Shown here piece after piece: positions 10,150-16,940 of a stretch of 25,429 nt of DNA. The DNA is from Clostridiales bacterium (GTDB taxonomy: Bacteria > Bacillota > Clostridia > Oscillospirales > Oscillospiraceae): the NCBI GenBank assembly GCA_022768185.1, contig JALEMS010000015.1:1-25429 (forward strand), read 5' to 3'. The first letter of the stretch is position 1, and every line of letters starts with the position of its first letter. The notes beneath the pieces are model-generated. The model was not told the DNA's origin. It did no database searches and was given only the letters and a program-made list of their open reading frames with translations. The position numbers and the translations under genes are program-made.

Positions 10150-10668
10150 CTACCGCGGCTGCTCGCCGCGCAGGCGGCACAGGCAGCTGTCAAGATACAG
10201 CTGCTGCGCTGCAGTGCGCACGGCGGTATGCAGCACGCGGACGGCAGCCGTGCAGGCTGCGCCGTCCGGCTCCGGCTCCGCGCGCAGACCGAAGGCCGCC
10301 CGCAGCGCCGCCTCCAGCGCGGCGCAGAACCCGTCGTAGGTCTCCGGCAGCGGACGCTGCGCGCACAACGCCCGCCAGAGCAGACGGACGTCCTCCATCG
10401 GCATCACGCGCTTGACAAACGCCACATACAGGAGACAGGCGATCGCGTCTGCCCCATAGGCCTTTTTGACGGGCGGAGGGACGGTTTTCTGCTTGACATA
10501 GTTGCTGACCATGGATGCGGTCAGCCCGGCGCAGCCGGCCTTTGCCAAATAGTCGTTGACATAGCGGGTGATCTGCTCGAGATACAGCCCCACCGTCGGC
10601 AGCTCGGCATAGCGCGGCAGGCGGAACCCTTCGACGGGGACGGCCTGCAGGTGCTTTTCTTCCTTCAT
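10150..10668 (-). CDS. DUF1836-family protein
   Basis: The pattern LPRYAELP…GLYLEQITRYVNDYL…LTASMVSNYVKQKTVPPPVKKAY matches the DUF1836 signature as I recall it. It is divergent from a DegV gene, which is a common pairing. Confidence 0.6.
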   Translation of the reverse strand: MKEEKHLQAVPVEGFRLPRYAELPTVGLYLEQITRYVNDYLAKAGCAGLTASMVSNYVKQKTVPPPVKKAYGADAIACLLYVAFVKRVMPMEDVRLLWRALCAQRPLPETYDGFCAALEAALRAAFGLRAEPEPDGAACTAAVRVLHTAVRTAAQQLYLDSCLCRLRGEQPR

Positions 10669-10695
10669 ACGGCCATTTTACCTGATTTCGTTCCG

Positions 10696-10799
10696 CCTGT
10701 CAACGGTTAACAAACTATTTACAACAAGTTTTTCAAAAACCGTTGACAGGTTCATCTTGTTGGTATATACTAACATCAGTTTTCAAAAAACCGATTACA
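10696..10799. promoter_or_regulatory. Divergent promoter and operator region. The plus strand has TTGACA, a 17-nt spacer, TATACT (degV). The minus strand has TTGACA, a 17-nt spacer, TAAAAT (DUF1836 gene). The two -35 elements sit in a perfect 13-bp inverted repeat. There are also two copies of the palindromic motif AGTTTT(T)CAAAAA(A)CCG.
   Basis: The inverted repeat is cctgtcaacggtt at 10696-10708 and aaccgttgacagg at 10738-10750. The direct repeats are at 10727-10748 and 10778-10799. Both hexamer pairs match consensus with 17-nt spacing. Confidence 0.6.
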
Positions 10800-10824
10800 A
10801 GCACATAAATACAGGTGATCCGCT

Positions 10825-11736
10825 ATGACTAACAATATCAAAATCGTCAGTGATTCGAGCTGCGACCTGCTCGCACTGTCCGGCGTACCGTTTGCCAGCG
10901 TACCGCTGCATATCCTCACCGCCTCACGCGACTACACAGACGAGGCCGGACTGGATATCGACGCCATGCTGGACGCCTGGAAGGCCAGCCCCGGCGAGAC
11001 GGGCACCTCCTGCCCCAACGTGGCCGAATGGCTGGACGCCTTCGGCCAGGCCGATTCCGTCTTCGCCGTGACGGTTTCCGGCGCGCTGTCCGGCAGCTAC
11101 AATGCGGCCGTCTGCGCCGCACGGCAGTATGCGCAGCAGCATCCCGGACGCCGCGTGTGGGTGCTCGACTCGCGTTCCGCCGGGCCGGAGCTGGTGCTGC
11201 TGCTGCGCCGGCTGCGCGATCTGGCCGTGTCCGGCTGCGCGCCGGAGGAGATCGCCGCGGCGGCCGCCGCCTATCAAACGCAGACGCAGCTGCTGTTTCT
11301 GCTCTCATCGGTGCAGAATCTTGTGCACACCGGGCGCATCAGCGCGCTGAAGGCCCGGGCTGTGGGCCTGCTTGGCGTGCGCCTGCTCGGCACGGCGGAC
11401 GGTGAGGGACGGCTCGCCCTCATCTCCAAGGCCCGCGGCGAGGAGCGCGCGCTCACCGAACTGGCCGCCCAGATGCAGGCGCGCGGCTGGCGCGGCGGCG
11501 ACGTGGTCATCACGCACTGCCGCAACGCGGCCGGCGCCGCCCGCCTGAAGACGCAGCTGCTGGCGCTCTGCCCCGGCTGCCGCGTCACGCTGCTGCCGGC
11601 GCGCGGGCTGTGCAGCTATTACGCACAGGAGGGCGGCCTGCTCGTCGGCTTTGAGGGCACACCCGCCGCGCAGGCGCAGGCAGCGGCCCGCGCCGCCATG
11701 CTGTGCTCCGTCCACATGGCAGGCGCAACGGCCTGA
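10825..11736 (+). CDS. DegV-family fatty-acid-binding protein (FakB-like)
   Basis: N-terminus MTNNIKIVSDSSCDL, typical of DegV. RBS AGGTGA lies 7 nt upstream. Confidence 0.8.
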   Translation: MTNNIKIVSDSSCDLLALSGVPFASVPLHILTASRDYTDEAGLDIDAMLDAWKASPGETGTSCPNVAEWLDAFGQADSVFAVTVSGALSGSYNAAVCAARQYAQQHPGRRVWVLDSRSAGPELVLLLRRLRDLAVSGCAPEEIAAAAAAYQTQTQLLFLLSSVQNLVHTGRISALKARAVGLLGVRLLGTADGEGRLALISKARGEERALTELAAQMQARGWRGGDVVITHCRNAAGAARLKTQLLALCPGCRVTLLPARGLCSYYAQEGGLLVGFEGTPAAQAQAAARAAMLCSVHMAGATA

Positions 11737-11765
11737 CCGTCTGTTTCCGGGCTGCCGCAGGCTGT

Positions 11766-11808
11766 GGGAGCGTGACGCTCCCACAGCCTGCTTCTTTTTA
11801 AATACCGC
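11766..11808 (+). terminator. Rho-independent terminator after degV
   Basis: 16-bp stem gcaggctgtgggagcg/cgctcccacagcctgc, loop tga, then TTCTTTTT. Confidence 0.8.
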
Positions 11809-11876
11809 TGTCGCACTGCGTCGAAACGTGGTATGATGAAGAAAACCGCCGGAACACGGCGGCTCAGGAGGCAGCC

Positions 11877-13121
11877 ATGGCCTACAGTGAGTTGATTAAG
11901 GATTACGAGCGCATCCGAGACTATATGCGCTCGTTTTTCGTCTACGGCTTCCGCAGCCGCGAGGAACACGACGCCAAAAGCGCCCGCAGCTACGACAACG
12001 AACGCCGCCGCATCGAAAGCTGGCTCGGCGACTGCCTCTGCTCCCGGCAGGACGCCGGGGGAAAGCGCGTCTTTCTCTGCGTGGACAGCCGCGCCGTATC
12101 CCGCAACCCGCTTTACCGGTCGTTCCGCACCAAAAGCTTTACCGACCGGGACATCACGCTGCACTTTTACCTGCTCGATCTGCTCTCCGGCGGCGAGGCG
12201 CTCACCGTCGGCGAGATCGTCGGGCGCATCGAAACGGACTATCTCTCCCAGTTTCCCGCAGATTATCCCCTCGACGAATCCACCGTGCGCAAGAAGCTCA
12301 GGGAATATGAAGCGCTGGGTCTGCTGCGCAGTGAAAGGACCGGACGCACGGTACGCTACCGGCTGGCGCAGTCCGCCGTCCGGCAGGAAACGTGGCTGGA
12401 CGCCGCCGCCTTTTTCTCGGAGGAAGCTCCGGTCGGCGTGATCGGCTCGTTTTTCCTTGACCGGTTTGCGCATACGCCGGATTATTTCGGCTTCAAGCAC
12501 CATTATCTGCTGCATGCGCTTGACAGCGAGCCGGCCTGCGCGCTGCTGACGGCCATGCGCGAACGGCGCACGGTCGAGCTGCAGGTGCAGAGCCTGCGCA
12601 CCGGCGCGCGGATGCAGCGCACCGTCTTTCCCCTGCGCCTGTACGTCAGCACGCAAACCGGGCGGCAATATCTGCTCGGCTGGCACTACCGCAGCCGGCG
12701 CATGCTCTTTTTCCGGCTCGACGCCGTCCGTCGTGTGACGCCCGGCGCACCGGAGCCGGACGCCGCCCGCTTTCAGGACGCCTGCGCGCGCTTTCAGCAG
12801 CATCTGTGGGGCGTCTCCGCCGGCTCGGAGCGCGGCACGGCGCACATCGAGCTGACCGTCCGCGCCGGCGAGGATGAGGCGCACATTCCCCGCCGTCTGC
12901 AGCGCGAGCGCCGCTGCGGCACGGTCGAGCGGATCGGCCCGGACGTCTGGCGCTTCACAGCGGATGTGTACGACGCCATGGAAATGCTGCCCTGGCTGCG
13001 CACGTTCCTGGGGCGCATCGTGTCGCTCGAATGCAGCGACACGCGCGTCACCGACGCCTTTTATGCCGATCTGGCCGAAATGGCCGCGCTGTACGGAGGG
13101 AACGACGATGCTGTTCAGTGA
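11877..13121 (+). CDS. WYL-domain transcriptional regulator, paralog 1. It has a winged HTH, a WYL domain and a C-terminal WCX-like region.
   Basis: wHTH: LTVGEIVGRI…STVRKKLREYEALGLL. WYL core: RQYLLGWHYRSRRMLFFRLDAVRRV. AGGAGG lies ahead of ATG 11877. An extended -10, TGGTATGAT, is at 11829-11837. Confidence 0.75.
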   Translation: MAYSELIKDYERIRDYMRSFFVYGFRSREEHDAKSARSYDNERRRIESWLGDCLCSRQDAGGKRVFLCVDSRAVSRNPLYRSFRTKSFTDRDITLHFYLLDLLSGGEALTVGEIVGRIETDYLSQFPADYPLDESTVRKKLREYEALGLLRSERTGRTVRYRLAQSAVRQETWLDAAAFFSEEAPVGVIGSFFLDRFAHTPDYFGFKHHYLLHALDSEPACALLTAMRERRTVELQVQSLRTGARMQRTVFPLRLYVSTQTGRQYLLGWHYRSRRMLFFRLDAVRRVTPGAPEPDAARFQDACARFQQHLWGVSAGSERGTAHIELTVRAGEDEAHIPRRLQRERRCGTVERIGPDVWRFTADVYDAMEMLPWLRTFLGRIVSLECSDTRVTDAFYADLAEMAALYGGNDDAVQ

Positions 13122-14043
13122 GCTTTACGGCTGCTATTTCCACACGGTCTCGGCCGTGCTGGCCGAGGCGGTGCAGCACACGCTGACCGGCGAGCGGCTG
13201 CGCGCGCTCGTGCAGCGGCACGCCTTCGCCGAAAGCGGGCTGACCATCCCCGCCGCGCTGCAGACGCGCTGGCCGCTGCTGAAGCCGGATCTCTCCACGC
13301 CGCTGCGCCGCGCGCCCTCCCTGCCGCTGACGCTGCTGGAGCAGCGCTGGCTGAAAACGCTGCTGCAGGATCCCCGCATTGCGCTGTTTGCGCCCGATCC
13401 GACGGGGCTGGAGGACGTCGAGCCGCTGTTCGACCTGTCCGATGTGGTGTATTTCGACCGGTATCTCGACGGCGACCCCTACACGGATCCGGCCTACATC
13501 GCCGTTTTCCGCCGGCTGCTGTGCGCCGTTCAGACGCACCGGCGGGTACAGCTGCTGCGCACCGTGCGCTCCGGCGCCGTACGCAGCGCCGAATGCCTGC
13601 CGCTGCGGCTGGAGTATTCGGCCAAGGACGACAAATTCCGCCTGCTGACCGCCGGAAACCGCAGCTGCCGCACCGTCAATCTGGCCAACATCCGCAGCTG
13701 CCGCCTGCTCGAGCCGGTCGATCCGTCCGGCCTCCGCGAGCCGGCGCGCCGCCTGCGCACGCTGACCTTCCGGCTGACGGACGAGCGCAACGCCCTGGAG
13801 CGGGCGCTGCTGCATTTTTCCCATTTTGAAAAGCAGACCGTCCGGCTGGACGGGCGGCACTACGAGGTGACGCTGCGCTATGAAAAGGAGGACGAGACGG
13901 AGCTGCTGATCCGTGTGCTCTCGTTCGGTCCGATGCTGCGCGTCACCGCGCCGGAGGACTTCGTTGCCCTGGTACGTACGCGCCTGCAGCGCCAGCTGCA
14001 GCTGACCGCAGTCCCCTCCCCGCCACGTGAGCCGCCGGAATAA
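13108..14043 (+). CDS. WYL-domain protein, paralog 2. It has a WYL domain and a C-terminal WCX-like region, and is translationally coupled to paralog 1.
   Basis: WYL core: DKFRLLTAGNRSCRTVNLANIRSCRLL. Its N-terminus is related to paralog 1 (FSELYGCYFHTV versus YSELIKDYERI). GGAGGG lies ahead of ATG 13108, which overlaps the WYL-1 stop by 14 nt. The longer track ORF from 12874 is out-of-frame antisense-style noise. Confidence 0.7.
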   Translation: MLFSELYGCYFHTVSAVLAEAVQHTLTGERLRALVQRHAFAESGLTIPAALQTRWPLLKPDLSTPLRRAPSLPLTLLEQRWLKTLLQDPRIALFAPDPTGLEDVEPLFDLSDVVYFDRYLDGDPYTDPAYIAVFRRLLCAVQTHRRVQLLRTVRSGAVRSAECLPLRLEYSAKDDKFRLLTAGNRSCRTVNLANIRSCRLLEPVDPSGLREPARRLRTLTFRLTDERNALERALLHFSHFEKQTVRLDGRHYEVTLRYEKEDETELLIRVLSFGPMLRVTAPEDFVALVRTRLQRQLQLTAVPSPPREPPE

Positions 14044-14064
14044 AGGAACGTCCATGTGCCCATC

Positions 14065-14098
14065 GCTGCGGATTCAACGTGAGTTCGCAGCTTTTTTT
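14065..14098 (+). terminator. Rho-independent terminator after the WYL pair
   Basis: Stem gctgcg/cgcagc with a 15-nt loop, followed by TTTTTTT. Confidence 0.6.
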
Positions 14099-14127
14099 CC
14101 GTGATTTCCCTGCCGCTCTCTGATAGG

Positions 14128-14312
14128 ATGGGCCCGTAAGCTCCCCTGAGCGTGTGGCTGAACGGCTCACCGCGGTGCACCGGGACATTCCGACGTGTAT
14201 GCCGGCGGGCTTACGGAAACGATCGCCTGTCAAGCGATGGGGTCAAACGCCCCTCCAACGTGGGTTCGAATCCCACCCGCGCCGCCCGCGCGGCCAGTGG
14301 TTTGGTTTTGGA
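14128..14312 (+). ncRNA. Candidate tRNA-like ncRNA or leader element. It has an anticodon-like stem-loop (atcgc/CTGTCAA/gcgat, anticodon position GUC). A long variable hairpin follows (gggg/tcaaacg/cccc). A consensus T-arm follows (GTGGG-TTCGAAT-CCCAC). The 3' strand of the T-arm overlaps an intrinsic terminator. There is no acceptor-stem partner.
   Basis: Extended -10 TGATAGGAT at 14120-14128. T-arm at 14260-14276. Terminator stem ccac-ccgcgc/gcgcgg-gtgg at 14273-14300, followed by TTTGGTTTTGG. A canonical tRNA cannot be folded because no sequence complementary to ccgcgcc is present upstream. Confidence 0.35.
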
Positions 14313-14552
14313 AGCTCCGCTTCCGCACAAGAAAAGCGCCCCTCCCCGCGCCGCGCGGCCAGCGTCCCCGGCTTTTGCTGCGCCGTACGGCAATGCCGCC
14401 GGGCCTTGTCTGCCGCGGATACCGTGCAGGCCCGCCGCCGGCCAGAGGCCCCGCCTTCCGCCGCCGAGCCGGCCGTGCTCAAGCGTCCAGCCGCCCGGCG
14501 CGCATCAGGGGAGCCGTGCATGACATTTTTTACCTTTCCGGAGGACAGAGAT

Positions 14553-15659
14553 ATGAAGCCCGTTACCATCCATGAAAATCAGCGCGGCCTGCTCTTCAAG
14601 GACGGCCGCTTCCTTCGCCCGCTCGCCCCGGGCCGCCACCGACTGCCCGGCCGGCAGCTGGCCGAGGTACTGCCGCTGGAGGACGCGGTGCGCTCCGACC
14701 GCTGCACGCTGGACGCCCTGCTGGAAAACGCGGAGCTGGCCGCACAGGTCACCGTCGTGGAGGTCGGCGACCGGCAGCTGGCGCTCTGCTTCCTGGACGG
14801 CAAGTTCTCCTGCGCGCTGTGCAAGGGGAAATACGCCTTCTGGAACACCCGGCAGACGCGCACCTGGCGCCTGGTGGACATCTCCAGCCCCACCGTCGCC
14901 GACGACGTGCCGACCTACCTGTTCCGGCTGCTGCCGCCGAGCCTCTACCTCCGCGCGGAGGTAGCCGAGCACCAGCGGGCGCGCCTGTGCTACGACCGGC
15001 GGTTCGTCCGCCTGCTTGAGCCGGGCGTGTACTACTTCTGGAAAAACGACGTGAAGGTGGAGCTGACGTACGTCGACACCCGTCTGACGCAGGAGACCAT
15101 CACCGGCCAGGAGCTGCTGACGCTGGATAAGGTGAGCGTACGTCTGAGCTTCGTGTGCAGCTACCGCATTGCAGACTGCCTGCGCGTGCTCACCGAGATC
15201 GACGATTGGGCCGAGCAGCTGCACGTGGCCGCGCAGCTGGCCATGCGTGAGTTCGTCGGCCGCCGCCGGCTCGACGAGCTGCTGGAGAGCCGCGAGGAGA
15301 TCTCCGCCTTCGTGCTGGCCCGGCTGCGGGAGAAAGCCCCCGCGCTGTTTCTTGAGATCGTCGACGGCGGCGTGCGCGACATCATCCTGCCCGGCGAGAT
15401 CCGCGAGATCATGAACACCGTTCTGATTGCCGAGAAGCGCGCGCAGGCCTCCGTCATCACCCGCCGCGAGGAGGTGGCCTCCACACGCTCGCTGCTCAAC
15501 ACCGCAAAGCTGATGGACGAAAACCGGACGCTCCGTCGGCTCAAGGAGCTGGAGTATATCGAGCGCATCTGCGGCAGCGTCGGCAGCATCAGCCTCAGCA
15601 GCTCCGGCGACCTGCTCGGACAGCTGACGGCTCTGCTGGGCGGCTCGTCCGCCTCGTGA
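14553..15659 (+). CDS. SPFH/band-7 (stomatin/prohibitin/flotillin/HflKC-like) domain protein, with no N-terminal TM segment, so apparently cytoplasmic
   Basis: The SPFH core, VSVRLSFVCSYRI…EQLHVAAQLAMREFVG…EISAFVLARLREKA, plus a coiled-coil C-terminal region. GGAGGA lies ahead of ATG 14553. The long track ORF from 14154 is an upstream extension with no start support. Confidence 0.7.
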   Translation: MKPVTIHENQRGLLFKDGRFLRPLAPGRHRLPGRQLAEVLPLEDAVRSDRCTLDALLENAELAAQVTVVEVGDRQLALCFLDGKFSCALCKGKYAFWNTRQTRTWRLVDISSPTVADDVPTYLFRLLPPSLYLRAEVAEHQRARLCYDRRFVRLLEPGVYYFWKNDVKVELTYVDTRLTQETITGQELLTLDKVSVRLSFVCSYRIADCLRVLTEIDDWAEQLHVAAQLAMREFVGRRRLDELLESREEISAFVLARLREKAPALFLEIVDGGVRDIILPGEIREIMNTVLIAEKRAQASVITRREEVASTRSLLNTAKLMDENRTLRRLKELEYIERICGSVGSISLSSSGDLLGQLTALLGGSSAS

Positions 15660-15696
15660 CGCACATCGCCCAAGCCCGAAGGGAGGAACCGAACCC

Positions 15697-16899
15697 ATGA
15701 TCGAAGTGACCGGGGCATACAACACGGCCAGATGCTTCTGCCGGACGCTGGAGGACTCGGCGCGCCGGCAGATCCAGGCCGTCTGCGACCAGCCGGCCTT
15801 TGCCGGCAGCAAGATCCGCATCATGCCGGACGTCCACGCCGGCATGGGCTGCACCATCGGCACCACCATGACCGTCGCCGACAAGCTCGTGCCCGGCATG
15901 GTGGGCGTGGACATCGGCTGCGGCATGGAAACCGTGCGTCTGGAGGAAAAGACGCTCGACCTTGACCGGCTCGACCGCGTCATCCGCGCATGCATTCCCG
16001 CCGGCCGGGAGATCCGCAGCACGCCGCACCCCCTCTGCGAACAGATCGACCTGACCGCGCTGCGCTGCGCCGACCGGGTGAAGCTTGACCGCGCCCGCCG
16101 CAGCATCGGCACGCTCGGCGGCGGCAATCATTTTATTGAGATCGACCGCGGCGACGACGGCAGCCTCTATCTCGTCGTTCACTCCGGCAGCCGCCACCTC
16201 GGCAAGGAGGCCGCGACGCTCTATCAGGACGAGGGGCGGCGCGCCATGTGGGGCGGCGCGCGGCATCAGATCGAGGAGACCATCGCCGCGCTGAAGGCCG
16301 AAGGCCGCGTTCAGGAGATCCAGCCGACGGTCTCCCGCCTCCGGCGGGAGCACAAGCTGGACATTCCCCGCGACCTGGCCTATGTGGAGGGCCGGCTGTT
16401 CGACGATTACCTGCACGACATGAAGCTCATCCAGCGCTTTGCCGCACTCAACCGCAAGGCCATAACGGACGTCCTCCTCACACAGCTCGGCCTCACCCCC
16501 GCCGAGGAATTCACCACCGTCCACAACTACATCGACACCGACGCGATGATCCTGCGCAAGGGCAGCGTGTCGGCCCGCGCCGGGGAAAAGCTGCTCATCC
16601 CCATCAACATGCGCGACGGCAGCCTCATCTGCATCGGCCGCGGCAACGAGGACTGGAACTGCTCGGCCCCGCACGGCGCCGGCCGCCTGATGAGCCGGGC
16701 GGAAGCCTTCCGCAGCCTGACGATGGACGAATTCCGCGCCGAGATGGCAGGAATTTTCTCCACGTGCGTCTCACAGGAGACGCTTGACGAGTCGCCCATG
16801 GCCTACAAGCGCATGGACGAGATCGTCGGCGAGCTTGGTCCCACCGCGGAGATCGTTGCGCGCATTCTGCCCATCTACAATTTCAAGGCGGCGGATTAA
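15697..16899 (+). CDS. rtcB: RNA-splicing ligase RtcB (3'-phosphate / 2',3'-cyclic phosphate RNA ligase)
   Basis: Metal-ligand and GTP-binding motifs: MPDVHAGMGCTIG, GGGNHFIEI and SAPHGAGR. GGGAGG lies 9 nt upstream of ATG 15697. Confidence 0.9.
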   Translation: MIEVTGAYNTARCFCRTLEDSARRQIQAVCDQPAFAGSKIRIMPDVHAGMGCTIGTTMTVADKLVPGMVGVDIGCGMETVRLEEKTLDLDRLDRVIRACIPAGREIRSTPHPLCEQIDLTALRCADRVKLDRARRSIGTLGGGNHFIEIDRGDDGSLYLVVHSGSRHLGKEAATLYQDEGRRAMWGGARHQIEETIAALKAEGRVQEIQPTVSRLRREHKLDIPRDLAYVEGRLFDDYLHDMKLIQRFAALNRKAITDVLLTQLGLTPAEEFTTVHNYIDTDAMILRKGSVSARAGEKLLIPINMRDGSLICIGRGNEDWNCSAPHGAGRLMSRAEAFRSLTMDEFRAEMAGIFSTCVSQETLDESPMAYKRMDEIVGELGPTAEIVARILPIYNFKAAD

Positions 16900-16940
16900 A
16901 AGGAAAAACCGCCGCCTTGCCGAAACCGGAGGAAAACGTC

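Noticed and set aside
12874-14043. 389-aa ORF starting at 12874 as the WYL-2 gene
   Set aside because: Its 5' part is an out-of-frame overlap of WYL-1. The real start is ATG 13108, with its own RBS and translational coupling.
14196-14285. Canonical tRNA gene (tRNA-Asp by anticodon GUC, or tRNA-Sec by length)
   Set aside because: The T-arm, anticodon arm and long variable hairpin are present. No 5' strand complementary to the acceptor 3' strand (ccgcgcc) exists in a 7/5 or an 8/5 arrangement, and no D-arm can be placed. It is kept as a tRNA-like element instead.
14505-16127. 540-aa minus-strand ORF, plus the 359-aa (15595-16674) and 407-aa (16896-18119) minus-strand ORFs
   Set aside because: These are antisense to SPFH, rtcB and cca, which have clear motifs and RBSs. 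There is no RBS and the composition is biased.
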